From contig OZ241981.1 in NCBI GenBank assembly GCA_965204345.1, positions 160,001-224,000 of the forward strand: a stretch of DNA of 64,000 nucleotides, written 5' to 3'. Position 1 is the first letter of the stretch; each line of letters starts with the position of its first letter. The position numbers and the translations under genes are program-made. Source of the DNA: Nitrosopumilus sp. (lineage in GTDB: Archaea; Thermoproteota; Nitrososphaeria; Nitrososphaerales; Nitrosopumilaceae). This document shows positions 50,851 to 61,382 of this stretch, in pieces. Under the pieces are notes generated by a model. That model saw only the letters and a list, made by a program, of their open reading frames with translations, was not told where the DNA came from and searched no databases.

Positions 50851-51849
50851 TTATTGGTAGTAGGCATTTTTGACAGGTTTGATATCATCTTGGCCAGACG
50901 GAAATTCGGTATCTGAGAGATATACAAACCCGTTATTAATTGACGTGTATGCTACGGCTGATACAAGACCGTGAGATCGTGACATCTTAAAATATCCATA
51001 GTCATACGTGTCCTCCCCTGAAAGCAGGCTAAGATCATATACATGGCCGGAACTCGACCTCGCATGGTCATCAGCATCATAGACTATATCTTTCAAATCA
51101 TTTATTTTCATCTGAAAAGTTAATGGTGATTGGTTGTATTTGATATCAGGAATATACATGCCCTGAGTAATTCTGAGTGGTTTATAGTCGTCATTTATGT
51201 AGATATGGCCTTGTTCTAGACCCCCACCCATTGCCTCATAATTTGTAGGATAGTTGATGTCAAAGTCGGTATCACAGTTATGATCCCAGAATTCATCAGT
51301 TCCATATTGTGAAGGATATATCAAGCGTGAGGCGTTAACATAAGTATCCCAGTATTCTTTATTGTTTATTGGATCTTCTACAAATGAAAACGATGCAGTG
51401 ACATTGAACACTTCGCCAACTCTGACTTTGTTTGGAATCTCAAGGGTTATCTCATTTTGGAAAAGGCAGTGAGAATGCCAACTCAGTGGACCCAATTTAA
51501 TTGATTCAGGGATTGGTGGTAACGGTGATTTGATTGTAATTATTTGAGGGACAAACTCGCCTGGTTCTTCTTTCATGATTGCTTTATCTGTCTTTGCTGA
51601 TTCCTCCAAGACTGCTTTCCATCCAGTCCTATCAAGCATCTTGATGGACGTATCCAAAGTTACGCAGACGGGTCTTTCGCTTTGTGACCATGTCATAATT
51701 TTCTCACCATTGCACATGATCTTCTCCAACTGCACGTTGTCTTTGAGCTGTTTTAGAGGAGGATGAAGATATTCAGATTCTGCCAGTGCAGGCACTAATG
51801 TCATTACTGCTGCCAGGATTGCAAGTCCCAACAGTGTCGCTTTGATCAT
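50851..51849 (-). CDS. Secreted hypothetical protein with thaumarchaeal 'PPLKQ...C...PVCV' N-domain
   Basis: Signal peptide; PPLKQLK...IMC...RPVCV...RTGW. Confidence 0.8.
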   Translation of the reverse strand: MIKATLLGLAILAAVMTLVPALAESEYLHPPLKQLKDNVQLEKIMCNGEKIMTWSQSERPVCVTLDTSIKMLDRTGWKAVLEESAKTDKAIMKEEPGEFVPQIITIKSPLPPIPESIKLGPLSWHSHCLFQNEITLEIPNKVRVGEVFNVTASFSFVEDPINNKEYWDTYVNASRLIYPSQYGTDEFWDHNCDTDFDINYPTNYEAMGGGLEQGHIYINDDYKPLRITQGMYIPDIKYNQSPLTFQMKINDLKDIVYDADDHARSSSGHVYDLSLLSGEDTYDYGYFKMSRSHGLVSAVAYTSINNGFVYLSDTEFPSGQDDIKPVKNAYYQ

Positions 51850-52454
51850 TGTGTAATATGGGTAATCAACGGTATTAACTGTGATCTATGGTACAGGTGG
51901 TGGTGTAAACCCTTGATAACATCGATTAGTTGCGTTGATTGTAAATACGAAAAGGGCCAAGAAATAATAAAATTCAGATTTGGCAATACAAAAAAAGGCA
52001 TCCATAAGAGTCTGTCATTTGTGATTTAGACTGTATCCAAATTTTTACATCCCAAGAGCACATGACAAAGAGACGATCTATAGTTTATCAACAAAAAGTT
52101 GACAGATAAAAAATCAAGCAAGAAAATTAAGAATCTGTTTCTTTCAGGCTTGGTCTCTCTTGTTTGTTTGTGTCTCCATCTTTTTCTGATTTACCACAGA
52201 TTTTTGATCATTGCTTCCATGATTGATTTGCATCCTTTTGAGCATGCAGATCTGCCAATTTTTCTTAAATGATCTCTCAAATCTGAATTTTGTATTCATT
52301 TTTCTACCCAAAGTGCTCATTTTCTGATTTGCCTGCAACTATTGCATCAAAAATACCGGCATGTCAGATCCTGCAGTGACATGTTTGATGAAGATAAACT
52401 GATCTCCTTATAAATTGGGTAATCATCCAAGAGCTTAAATATATTCAGAGAATC

Positions 52455-52691
52455 ATGTTTTTTATGTATGAATCAAGTCAAGTCGCTGTCTCAAAAGCAG
52501 GCATTTCAAAGCTAGCGATTCTTGCACTAGCAGTTGTGTTTGCAACCGGATTATTTGCTGTTGGATTCGATAACGGTCATATCGTAAATTTGATTTTTGC
52601 TGAAGATGGCTCTGCTGTAGGCATTGATCCATTGGTAATCCATGAGTTCACTCATGACATGAGACATGCAGCAGGATTTCCATGTCACTAG
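52455..52691 (+). CDS. cbtB: Putative cobalt transporter subunit CbtB
   Basis: TM helix + HEFTHDMRHAAGFPCH. Confidence 0.92.
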   Translation: MFFMYESSQVAVSKAGISKLAILALAVVFATGLFAVGFDNGHIVNLIFAEDGSAVGIDPLVIHEFTHDMRHAAGFPCH

Positions 52692-52703
52692 GAATCACTT
52701 AAC

Positions 52704-53432
52704 GTGAAAACATTTCTTTTTATCACCATTGTGTTACTTTCAGGTGCATTAGCTGGCCTTGTTCATGGAACAGTAAACTTTGCACTTGTTGAACCCTATC
52801 TTGATCAGGCAATTGGAATTGAAAATCAGAATCTCTTTGATTCTGGAGACCAAGAAGACACTCCTCAATTTTGGGCCAAATATGAGGGGTACCGCATGTG
52901 GCAAAAAAGCGGTCAAATAATTGCAGGTGTTGTGCTGGGAACATCTATTGGAGCACTGTTTGGAATTGTATTTGCATTATCTAGGGACTCTATACCGGGT
53001 AAAAATGACATTCAAAAATCCATGCTGTTATCTGCAATTATGTGGGTTACCTTGTATTTGGTACCATTTCTAAAGTATCCTGCCAATCCTCCGACTGTTG
53101 GTGATGGTGAAACTATAGTTCTTCGAGCAGTCCTTTATCTCTCCTTTATTGCAATATCTGGAATGGGCTCTCTAATTTTTTACAAGTTATCTAAGAGATT
53201 TCACAGTCGTAAAAAACTTGTCTCTCTAGCAGGTTATGCTGCCTTTATGTCTCTGGCCTTCATTCTCATGCCTGAAAGCCCCGATAAAGTATCTGCCCCT
53301 ATGAATTTGGTAAATGAATTCAGGCTAATGTCAGTATTTGGCGTGGCCTCCTTTTGGGTATCTGTCGGAATTATTCTGGGAGTCTTTTGGAATCGCCTGG
53401 ATTCTCCTAGGGAAACTGATCAATACCAATAG
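52704..53432 (+). CDS. cbtA: Putative cobalt transporter subunit CbtA
   Basis: EP.LDQAI..E, PFLKYPANPP.VG, multiple TM helices. Confidence 0.92.
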   Translation: MKTFLFITIVLLSGALAGLVHGTVNFALVEPYLDQAIGIENQNLFDSGDQEDTPQFWAKYEGYRMWQKSGQIIAGVVLGTSIGALFGIVFALSRDSIPGKNDIQKSMLLSAIMWVTLYLVPFLKYPANPPTVGDGETIVLRAVLYLSFIAISGMGSLIFYKLSKRFHSRKKLVSLAGYAAFMSLAFILMPESPDKVSAPMNLVNEFRLMSVFGVASFWVSVGIILGVFWNRLDSPRETDQYQ

Positions 53433-53502
53433 CTGTTCTGAATCTCTAGAATGAGAACAGGTGCATTTTGTTTAAATATACATGATTATTTCTGATATTT
53501 GA

Positions 53503-53832
53503 ATGTCAAGAAAATTAACATTGCCTCAGCTAAAAAAATATGATATCACTCAAAAAGTCATAGAAGCATTAGCTGATTCTGAATCCCGAGCTATTCTGTT
53601 CTCTATTATTAAAAAAGGAAATACCGCAGCCGAACTTTCTGATAATCTTAAAATCCCCCTCAGTTCTGTGTATAAGAAATTGACTGATCTTGAAGAATTA
53701 ACCCTAATTGAAATCGAAAAATGGATGTTATCTGACAAGGGCAGAAAATACAAGGTTTATCGGAGCAGAATTAGCAAAGCCGATATTTCCATCAGAAAGC
53801 CCGAGCCGGTTCTTACATTAATCCCAAACTGA
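53503..53832 (+). CDS. ArsR-like winged-HTH regulator
   Basis: ALAD..SR.IL, IPLSSVYKKL..L. Confidence 0.88.
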   Translation: MSRKLTLPQLKKYDITQKVIEALADSESRAILFSIIKKGNTAAELSDNLKIPLSSVYKKLTDLEELTLIEIEKWMLSDKGRKYKVYRSRISKADISIRKPEPVLTLIPN

Positions 53833-54183
53833 GTGATAAAATTGCCAAAGCCAAACATCATACAATTATCAGAGTTTGACATTACTCAGAAGATAATAGA
53901 ATCCCTCAGCAATGTTTGCACCCGTTCTGTCCTGTTCTCAGTTAAAGCCGAATCCAAGGATGCAACTCAAATTGCCGATGAATTAAAAATCTCTCTTTCT
54001 ACTGTATACAAAACCTTGGCTACCCTAGAAGATTTGGCACTTGCAGAAGTTGACAAGTATGTGATTTCTGAGGAAGGAAAGAAGATCAAGATGTACCGCA
54101 GCAGAATCGGCAAAGTCGAGATTACTTTGGATGATTTAGAACCTAGTCTGAACTTGTATCCAAACACTAGAAAATCTCACTAG
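53833..54183 (+). CDS. ArsR-like winged-HTH regulator (tandem paralogue)
   Basis: DITQKIIE, ISLSTVYKTL..L, YRSRI. Confidence 0.88.
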   Translation: MIKLPKPNIIQLSEFDITQKIIESLSNVCTRSVLFSVKAESKDATQIADELKISLSTVYKTLATLEDLALAEVDKYVISEEGKKIKMYRSRIGKVEITLDDLEPSLNLYPNTRKSH

Positions 54184-54458
54184 AATACCAGTATGATAAC
54201 AAGAGGAATATTCTGATTCAAAATGCAAAGGAAAGATAGTTACTGCCCACCATTGAATCCGCACAAAGTCAGAGTTTTGATTTTATGTTCAAAGTTTTTT
54301 CAGAAAAACCAACACAGAATACATGTTATGAAATTAACATCTCTGTTTTTTTGTTTTATTTTGGCACGCGTTAGAATTTTAACATCATCTTTTTGTATAT
54401 TTAATTTTTTGTCAACGCACTTTAAAATGGGTTTTGATTGAGTTGAATTATTTTGTGA

Positions 54459-54593
54459 TCACGTGCTTTTGCTTTTCATTATGCGTGATGGAATAACTAA
54501 ATCATGCCCTAATTCAAGAACTTTATCTATCAGATTAGGACAGTTAATTTCATTAAATATTGCAATAATCGCTGCGGCATCTAAAATTTTCAA
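54459..54593 (-). pseudogene. Truncated PIN-domain toxin
   Basis: MKILDAAAIIAI...LVIP PIN N-terminus, stops after 44 aa; directly downstream of an antitoxin-like gene. Confidence 0.6.
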
Positions 54594-54607
54594 AATTTAT
54601 CCCAAAA

Positions 54608-55180
54608 TCATAATGCCTCTTCTTTCATTTGTTTAATGACGTGCTCAAGAGGTCTGTTTAATAATTCAGCTGCACGCTGTGCACTTAATTTTTGTTTTTT
54701 TACTAATGAAAGAACATGGTATTCCATATCTGGTTTTAGATTTTCATATTCAACAGATTCTTCAGTCATATCCGGATATGCAGAATAAACATATGCCAAT
54801 AATTCTTTACTGGTAAGATCATTTAAAAATTTCTTATATTCAATTAATGCAGAAATGGTATTCCCATTCTCATTTTTCATCATTTCTTTGGCAATTTCTC
54901 TTCCTTCATTAGTGATAGTAATTTCTCCATTATTACTAGACAAAACACCAATCTGTTCTAAATATTTTGATTCCTCGTCAATCACTTCACTGTAAGGACC
55001 ATAATTGCCAGCACAATAGCTACTCTGTTCTTTAATTTCATCAATTTTATCAGACAGTAAAAACATCATTTTTTGAAGTTTTAATCGTCCTCGTATGGGT
55101 TCGTTGTTAGCATTAGCTAGTAAAATAATGAATTTTTGTAATTGATCAACATGTTCCAATACTTTCTCTTTAATTCCCAT
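54608..55180 (-). CDS. YwgA/SocA-like protein with C-terminal UPF0175-like HTH (putative antitoxin)
   Basis: GRLKLQKMMFL, YGPYS, LSAQRAAELL. Confidence 0.7.
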   Translation of the reverse strand: MGIKEKVLEHVDQLQKFIILLANANNEPIRGRLKLQKMMFLLSDKIDEIKEQSSYCAGNYGPYSEVIDEESKYLEQIGVLSSNNGEITITNEGREIAKEMMKNENGNTISALIEYKKFLNDLTSKELLAYVYSAYPDMTEESVEYENLKPDMEYHVLSLVKKQKLSAQRAAELLNRPLEHVIKQMKEEAL

Positions 55181-55657
55181 ATGCTACATCTCCTATGAAA
55201 TAATTACTAGTCGGGTATAATATAATACTCTTCAGTGTTTAATCTTGTTTTGCAACTATAATTTTAGGAGAATTTGATTTCCAATCACATGTCCTACAAC
55301 AGCATTCAAAGTTCAACTCAAAAAGATAACATGATGTAAATAAAAGAATGTAATTTCAGATACTTTGAATTGTAATTCCATACTAAAACATCAAGTTGGG
55401 ATAAAATTTCAAACCATGCATTCTCAACAGGACATCATTATTCAAATCAGCTTCACCTGATAAGAAATTTAGATTCAAATGCCATACACCCAAAATCCTC
55501 ACAGGCTGCCAGTAGTCAAAACTGGTTCCAACCTTCACAGACCTGTATTTATCGCCCTAAACAGACTGCCTGTGGCACTGGTTATCAAAAAATATTTTCA
55601 GACCAAATGCGACCCTCATTTTTTGATTGAATAGTCCCAAAAGCCTTTGAGCCTATT

Positions 55658-55694
55658 CTCATTCTATAGACTTGGAATGATGATTTAGAATGAG
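55658..55694. promoter_or_regulatory. Putative operator (TCATTC/GAATGA half-sites) upstream of phnD
   Basis: TCATTC-N10-GAATGA plus extra TAGAATGAG; related site at 53433-53455. Confidence 0.45.
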
Positions 55695-55734
55695 GTTTTA
55701 CTTTAAATAATTTAGCTTGCCCTAATTTTTTAAC

Positions 55735-56823
55735 ATGAGACGACAGGTGATTTTAGCATTTGTTGCCGTATCTGCGGTAATTGGCGGCTTGTCTTTACCA
55801 TTCTCTGAAGATGCCCGGGCAGAAAGCCTGATTCCTGATTGGATTAAGGCAAATGCCGGCTGGTGGGCAGCCGGCGAGATAGACGATGAAACTTTTCTAA
55901 ATGGAATCACGTACCTAATAGAAAATCGAATCATTGATGTCTCGTCTGGTTCAGGTGCGATAGACGCTGATACTCTTACAATCGGATTTATTCCAGTTGA
56001 AAAGGCAGATGAGTTAAACTCCAAAGCCAAGGCACTAGAGGCATTTTTAGAGTCCAAACTTGGCATCGATGTAGAAATTGTTGTGCCGACAAACTATGAG
56101 ACCATAATCGAAGGAATGAGATTTGGGCACATTGATGCGGCCTTTATGGATACCGGTCCTGCATGGATTACCCACCAGAGAACCGGTGCAGAAGCTGTAA
56201 TGGCAGAACTAGTTGCAGGCAAGGTAAACTATCAGGCAACTGTATGGGCCTTGTCTGATAATGATTCCATATCTTCCCTGGAGGATACAGTTGGCAAGCG
56301 GGTTGCATTTACTAGCATTACTGGCTCTTCAGGATTTGTCAGGCCCATGGGCACATTGGTTACAGACGGGCATGTGAGCATTGAAGGCGATGACATTGTT
56401 GCCTTAAATTCCGCATTGGCAAAGAATTTTGAGAGCTATACCTTTGCAGGAGGCTACAAGGCTGCCCTGACACTGCTTCTTGAAGACAAGGTAGACGTTG
56501 CATTTGGCTCAGATATTGCCCCGCAAAAATATCTCGAGTCAGAGGATCAGGCAAAGCTGCGCCCAGTCACTACAATCGGACCTGTGCCATCACACGTGTT
56601 TATGGTAAGTGCGGACATGTCAGATTCTACCAAAAATGCCCTAGTTGATGCATTAATCAGACTCAATTATGATGAGAACAATCATATCTTGAGGGATTTG
56701 TACGGCGCAGAAGCGCTAGTCCCGACTACAACTACTATGCATATTGGAGAATTTGGAACATTCATTGATGCACTCACAGGGCTTGATCAGAAGATTCTTG
56801 ACAAGTACAACAAGAGCAAATAA
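55735..56823 (+). CDS. phnD: Phosphate/phosphite/phosphonate ABC substrate-binding protein
   Basis: PhnD fold, S.SG motif; thaumarchaeal IPDWIK..AGWW domain. Confidence 0.92.
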   Translation: MRRQVILAFVAVSAVIGGLSLPFSEDARAESLIPDWIKANAGWWAAGEIDDETFLNGITYLIENRIIDVSSGSGAIDADTLTIGFIPVEKADELNSKAKALEAFLESKLGIDVEIVVPTNYETIIEGMRFGHIDAAFMDTGPAWITHQRTGAEAVMAELVAGKVNYQATVWALSDNDSISSLEDTVGKRVAFTSITGSSGFVRPMGTLVTDGHVSIEGDDIVALNSALAKNFESYTFAGGYKAALTLLLEDKVDVAFGSDIAPQKYLESEDQAKLRPVTTIGPVPSHVFMVSADMSDSTKNALVDALIRLNYDENNHILRDLYGAEALVPTTTTMHIGEFGTFIDALTGLDQKILDKYNKSK

Positions 56824-56840
56824 AGCCTGGGATTTCCAAA

Positions 56841-57668
56841 ATGAAACAAATTCGAATGTCCCAAAACCCCCCTCTTTCATTAATTTCTACAAACAAGATT
56901 ATCCAAATGAGCGATGTCTGGACCTCTTATGATTCCAAAAGTTTTGCCTTGGAGGGAGTAAATCTATCCATTGACAGGGGAACAAATTATGCCATTGTTG
57001 GCCAATCCGGCTCTGGCAAATCCACCTTGCTGAAACTGATAAATGGCATGATGATTCCAAGCAAAGGTATAATCAAAATTGACTATGAAACTCCCGACAT
57101 AAATGATAAAAAATTTAAAAAAATGATGCACACTATAGGGTACATTCCACAAAGCCTTGGCCTGATCAAAAACATCTCAGTTATTGAAAATATTCTGGTT
57201 GGCGCGCTGCCTAGACTGACCACGACCCAATCCCTGCTCAAAAAATTCCCTGATCATGAAATCAGGGAGGCAAAAAGAATCATGTCCCTTGTCGGTCTGT
57301 CTGGCAAAGAGCAAAGAAAGGCGCACATGCTAAGTGGCGGTGAAAAACGCAGAGTCGCAATTGCCAGAGCACTGATGCAAAAGCCCTCAATACTGCTTGC
57401 AGACGAGATTGTCTCTGAGCTAGATCACGTCACTGCACGCGAGATAATGAACCTGATTGCCGATGCGCAAAAAAGAATGAATCTGACTGCCATTATGGTG
57501 CATCATGACATGAAGTTGGCATTAGAGTATGCAAATCGCGTTGCCGTAATTAAGGAAGGCAGCAAAATCTTGGAAATTGGCGTCGAAGGGGATACCATAG
57601 TCGATTTCCAAACTGGCGATTTGAACACTGAGGAAATCATGGAGATGTATGATGACTCCAAAAAGTAA
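56841..57668 (+). CDS. phnC: Phosphonate ABC ATP-binding protein
   Basis: GQSGSGKS, LSGGE, LADE. Confidence 0.92.
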   Translation: MKQIRMSQNPPLSLISTNKIIQMSDVWTSYDSKSFALEGVNLSIDRGTNYAIVGQSGSGKSTLLKLINGMMIPSKGIIKIDYETPDINDKKFKKMMHTIGYIPQSLGLIKNISVIENILVGALPRLTTTQSLLKKFPDHEIREAKRIMSLVGLSGKEQRKAHMLSGGEKRRVAIARALMQKPSILLADEIVSELDHVTAREIMNLIADAQKRMNLTAIMVHHDMKLALEYANRVAVIKEGSKILEIGVEGDTIVDFQTGDLNTEEIMEMYDDSKK

Positions 57669-58455
57669 CCTCATCATCGGGATTATTGTTGCATTGATAG
57701 CAGTTGCGTCCTATAATGTCGATGCAAATCCTCTGGAATTTGCCGGGGGAATTCCCAATCTGGTCATTGTTTTAGAAGAGGTTCTTGTTTTAGAAAATAT
57801 TGTCGAGAATCTAAAGTATGTCCCAACAGCTTTTTGGGCAATGCTTGAGACATTACAGATGGCATTTATTGGAACTGTGATCGGCGTTGTAATCGCACTG
57901 CCCTTTAGCATGCTTGCTGCAAGAAACCTAAACAACAAGTTTGTTTATGCCCCAATCCGGGCATTGCTGGCAGCTATTCGAACGTTTCCTTCCATTTTGT
58001 GGGCACTCTTGTTTGTCATCATGGTTGGTCTGGGACCATTTGCAGGTGTCTTGGCCATTGTCATGTATACGATTGGATTTGTGACAAAGCTGCAATACGA
58101 GTCCATTGAGACCATTGATTCGGAGCCCATGGATGCCATAAGTTCCATTGGTGTTTCAAAACTGCAGTTAATCCGATACGTTGTAATTCCGGAATCTGCC
58201 TCCCATCTTCTCGGACAGATGCTTTACATGTTTGACTATAACGTGCGTCAGACCAGCATTCTTGGAATTGTAGGTGCCGGGGGGATTGGATTCTTTATCA
58301 TAGAGTATATCAAATTCTTTGAGTATGGAAAGGCTGCCGTCTTTATGGCTGTCGTACTAGTCACCGTCCTAGTTATTGATTGGGCAAGCGTCAAGATTCG
58401 TGACAGGTATATTGTAAAATCCCAGCACGGCATGGAAGCTGCTGTAAAAAAATAG
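57649..58455 (+). CDS. phnE: Phosphonate ABC permease
   Basis: ETLQMA, VGLGPFAG, LGIVGAGGIG. Confidence 0.93.
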   Translation: MMTPKSNLIIGIIVALIAVASYNVDANPLEFAGGIPNLVIVLEEVLVLENIVENLKYVPTAFWAMLETLQMAFIGTVIGVVIALPFSMLAARNLNNKFVYAPIRALLAAIRTFPSILWALLFVIMVGLGPFAGVLAIVMYTIGFVTKLQYESIETIDSEPMDAISSIGVSKLQLIRYVVIPESASHLLGQMLYMFDYNVRQTSILGIVGAGGIGFFIIEYIKFFEYGKAAVFMAVVLVTVLVIDWASVKIRDRYIVKSQHGMEAAVKK

Positions 58456-58459
58456 CCTT

Positions 58460-59485
58460 TTAGGTCGTAATCTTATCTAGCTGGTTTGATTTTGTTGCAG
58501 TCCTTACCTCTCTTGCGATTCTTTTGCCCATGCTCATTGTTTCATTAAACAGCAGTGAATAGTAGGGGGAACCATCCATGTAGATGTTTGATCCCGCAAC
58601 TATTCTTGCTGAAAATTCAAACGAGGTAAACCTTGCATTCTCATCGTATACTCCCTCTATGCAGAACGGCCCGTTCATTCCCGGTGCCACGACCCTTTTT
58701 GCAGCCTCTACAAAGTTTTCCCCCATTTTGTATACCTCATCTAGCAATGATTCGCGCAAAACAAGGGGGCTGTTGCCAATTACATTAAATGACGGAACCT
58801 TCTCTGACTTGATTTGCTGCCCTGCAGGAATCCTTCCCAGTCCCTCAATGTCTGACTCGTGCCGCTGATCAACTCCAAAAAACTCCAACTCTTCTTTTAG
58901 CGGCGAATAAAAGAATGTCAGGTAGGCCAAAACCCCTGCGGCATACTCTTGGATGTACAATGTTTCATCCTTGGAGATTGTTCCCTCTGAGATAAGCTGG
59001 TTCCTTTTGGCATGATAGTCATCCTCGCTGGCTGCCATAAAGTAGCCCTTTCCGCCTGCGGCGCCCTGTCTTTTAACAATGGACAGTTTTTCAATATCTT
59101 TAGGATTTGTAACTGGTTCTGGCATTGGGAGCTTTGCCTCTGCCATGAGCTTTTCCTTCATCTCCCTGTCTGATTCCCATCTTAGAATCCACTTGTTTCC
59201 AAATACTGGAGTTTTAATCGATTCAATCTCCTCAGAACTCATCTGGGCAACTAGTGTTCCATGCGGAATCAGGACGGCATTATTTTCTTCAAGGGTTTTT
59301 TGACACCTTTGATCAAGCACCTCCTTGAATGAATCCACGATAATCAGTTCGTCAATAAATGGGAATCTTTTGTATAACTTTTCACGTTTTTTTTCACATA
59401 CCAGAATTGTCTTTAGGCCTTCGTCTTTTGCGCCCTTTAGAACTTGTAAAGAACAGTGGGAGCCCAGCGTAGCTATGGAGGTCAT
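58460..59485 (-). CDS. purP: FAICAR synthetase (formate-dependent, ATP-grasp)
   Basis: IATLGSHCSLQ..GAKDEG, PHG, GGKGYF, RESLL, FEFSARI. Confidence 0.93.
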   Translation of the reverse strand: MTSIATLGSHCSLQVLKGAKDEGLKTILVCEKKREKLYKRFPFIDELIIVDSFKEVLDQRCQKTLEENNAVLIPHGTLVAQMSSEEIESIKTPVFGNKWILRWESDREMKEKLMAEAKLPMPEPVTNPKDIEKLSIVKRQGAAGGKGYFMAASEDDYHAKRNQLISEGTISKDETLYIQEYAAGVLAYLTFFYSPLKEELEFFGVDQRHESDIEGLGRIPAGQQIKSEKVPSFNVIGNSPLVLRESLLDEVYKMGENFVEAAKRVVAPGMNGPFCIEGVYDENARFTSFEFSARIVAGSNIYMDGSPYYSLLFNETMSMGKRIAREVRTATKSNQLDKITT

Positions 59486-59511
59486 TGATACTCTAGGTGT
59501 CGTTTTGTACT

Positions 59512-59721
59512 TTATGAATTATGTGCAAAAGTGACATACTGGAATACCTCGTCTATTAGCTCCACGCTTAGCTCTGGCTTTATGTTTTCTGGAATTACTT
59601 TTAATATAAAATCATACATTGTTGTATTTTTGGGCAGCTCGTCTCTTTCTTGTAATAGTGAAAAAACCGCAATTCCATTTGAGATTACTGCAATCATTTT
59701 TTCCTTATCTGATAGTGTCAT
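59512..59721 (-). CDS. Small hypothetical protein
   Basis: 69-aa ORF co-oriented with purP. Confidence 0.7.
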   Translation of the reverse strand: MTLSDKEKMIAVISNGIAVFSLLQERDELPKNTTMYDFILKVIPENIKPELSVELIDEVFQYVTFAHNS

Positions 59722-59742
59722 GGCTATGAATGCTGGTGTAAT

Positions 59743-59952
59743 TTAATACAAGTTCGGCACCAAGATATCTATGACTGATCTGCCCTGCTCTGGATTTTGA
59801 GGGATTTGAACCGTGTTTGAATCCTCGCTGAGAGCCTCTAGATTAACAGTTGCATCATGCCCTTCTGCGGGGACATCCTGTGATGCGTGATATCCGACAT
59901 ATGCCCCGACTATGATAAACATTGCAATTACTAGCCCCATTAAGACCATCAT
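59743..59952 (-). CDS. Small membrane protein
   Basis: N-terminal TM helix. Confidence 0.55.
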   Translation of the reverse strand: MMVLMGLVIAMFIIVGAYVGYHASQDVPAEGHDATVNLEALSEDSNTVQIPQNPEQGRSVIDILVPNLY

Positions 59953-60062
59953 CTTGCTTTGTTGTGGAATTTTTGCAGGCTATAAGCATTATGAAAATTA
60001 AGGAAATGGTACATTATTTTGTGTAAAAAATAATAACACCTGACTTGAAGACAAATTAAATC

Positions 60063-61373
60063 ATGATAGAAACTGAACTGGGGTCATTGCGTAGAACTCA
60101 CTATTCAAATGAGATCAATCCGGGGATGGATGGAACCTCAGTCACCATCATGGGCTGGGTCTTGACAATTAGGGGGCATGGAAATATCAGTTTTGGTACA
60201 ATTCGTGACAAAAACGGGGATCTCTCAATCGTAGCAAAAAAGGGGGATTGTCCTGATCAAATACGTGAAAAAATTTCTTCCCTAAAGGCACATTCTTCAA
60301 TTGCAATTACTGGCAATGTCAAGGCATCAGAGAAAGCCCCAAGCGGATTTGAGATCATTCCCACAGAATTGCGTGTCTTCTCAGATGTTGAAAAAACGCC
60401 TCCCTTTGAGCCCACAGTCAAAACTGTAAAGAATATCGATACCAGACTTGAAGTCAGACCCATTGATCTTAGACGTGAGATGTTGCAGCATATCTTTAAG
60501 ACCAGAAGTCTAGTCTTAAAATCCATCAGAGAATACCTTGGCAATCAGAATTTTGTTGAAATCAATACCCCAAAAATAATCGCAACTGCCACAGAGGGCG
60601 GCGCTGCACTGTTTCCAATCTTTTATTATAACAAGGAGGCATTTTTAGCTCAGAGTCCCCAGCTGTACAAGGAACAGCTGACCATGAGTTTTGAGAAGGT
60701 ATTTGAGATTGCCCCCATTTTTAGGGCAGAGCCTTCTAGAACAAACCGTCACTTGGCAGAAGCAATCTCCATTGATTTGGAGGAGGCATTTGTTGATTAC
60801 AATGACGTAATGAACAGAATCGAAGAGATTGTCAAAATTTCCATCCGGGCCGTCCATGATTATGCAAAAGACAACCAGACTGCTGAATTCACGCTGCCTG
60901 ATGTTGTTGAGACGATTCCGAGATATACCTATGATGACCTAGTTGATAAAATGCAAAGGGCAGGTGCAAAAACTGAATGGGGCGATGATCTGTACCCTTC
61001 AAATCTTAAAAAAATTGGTCTTGAAGGATTTTATTTTATTACCGACTGGCCTTTGGCTCCCAAGCCCTTTTACGTAAAAGACAGCAAAGCAAACCCCAAG
61101 GTTTCCGAATCCTTTGACCTGATGTTTGGGGATTTGGAGCTATCCTCAGGCAGTACCAGGATTGAAAAGCGTGATGAGCTAACTCAACGAATGAAGAACA
61201 AGGGCATGAAGACTGACACGTTTGAGTATCACCTTGGCGCGTTTGATTATGGCGTCCCTCCTCACGCCGGCTGCGGCATTGGTCTTGAGCGGCTCATAAT
61301 GGCACTTACAGGCACAGAAAATATCAGAGACGTAACGTTTTATCCAAGAGACGTTGATAGGTTGACACCCTAG
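60063..61373 (+). CDS. aspS: Aspartate-tRNA(Asp/Asn) ligase (non-discriminating)
   Basis: LAQSPQLYK, FRAE, PPHAG.G.GLER; adjacent to gatCAB. Confidence 0.97.
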   Translation: MIETELGSLRRTHYSNEINPGMDGTSVTIMGWVLTIRGHGNISFGTIRDKNGDLSIVAKKGDCPDQIREKISSLKAHSSIAITGNVKASEKAPSGFEIIPTELRVFSDVEKTPPFEPTVKTVKNIDTRLEVRPIDLRREMLQHIFKTRSLVLKSIREYLGNQNFVEINTPKIIATATEGGAALFPIFYYNKEAFLAQSPQLYKEQLTMSFEKVFEIAPIFRAEPSRTNRHLAEAISIDLEEAFVDYNDVMNRIEEIVKISIRAVHDYAKDNQTAEFTLPDVVETIPRYTYDDLVDKMQRAGAKTEWGDDLYPSNLKKIGLEGFYFITDWPLAPKPFYVKDSKANPKVSESFDLMFGDLELSSGSTRIEKRDELTQRMKNKGMKTDTFEYHLGAFDYGVPPHAGCGIGLERLIMALTGTENIRDVTFYPRDVDRLTP

Positions 61374-61382
61374 GTGTATTGT

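Noticed and set aside
51283-51357. EYWD/EFWD recurrence at 63-bp period
   Set aside because: Only ~12 nt of similarity.
52144-52454. Cobalamin riboswitch upstream of cbtBA
   Set aside because: No B12-box or conserved core visible; TATA-like box lies right before the start.
55735-58455. phnDCE as evidence of phosphonate catabolism
   Set aside because: No C-P lyase or ptxD in the window; the substrate may be phosphate or phosphite, and the transporter is already known in Nitrosopumilus.
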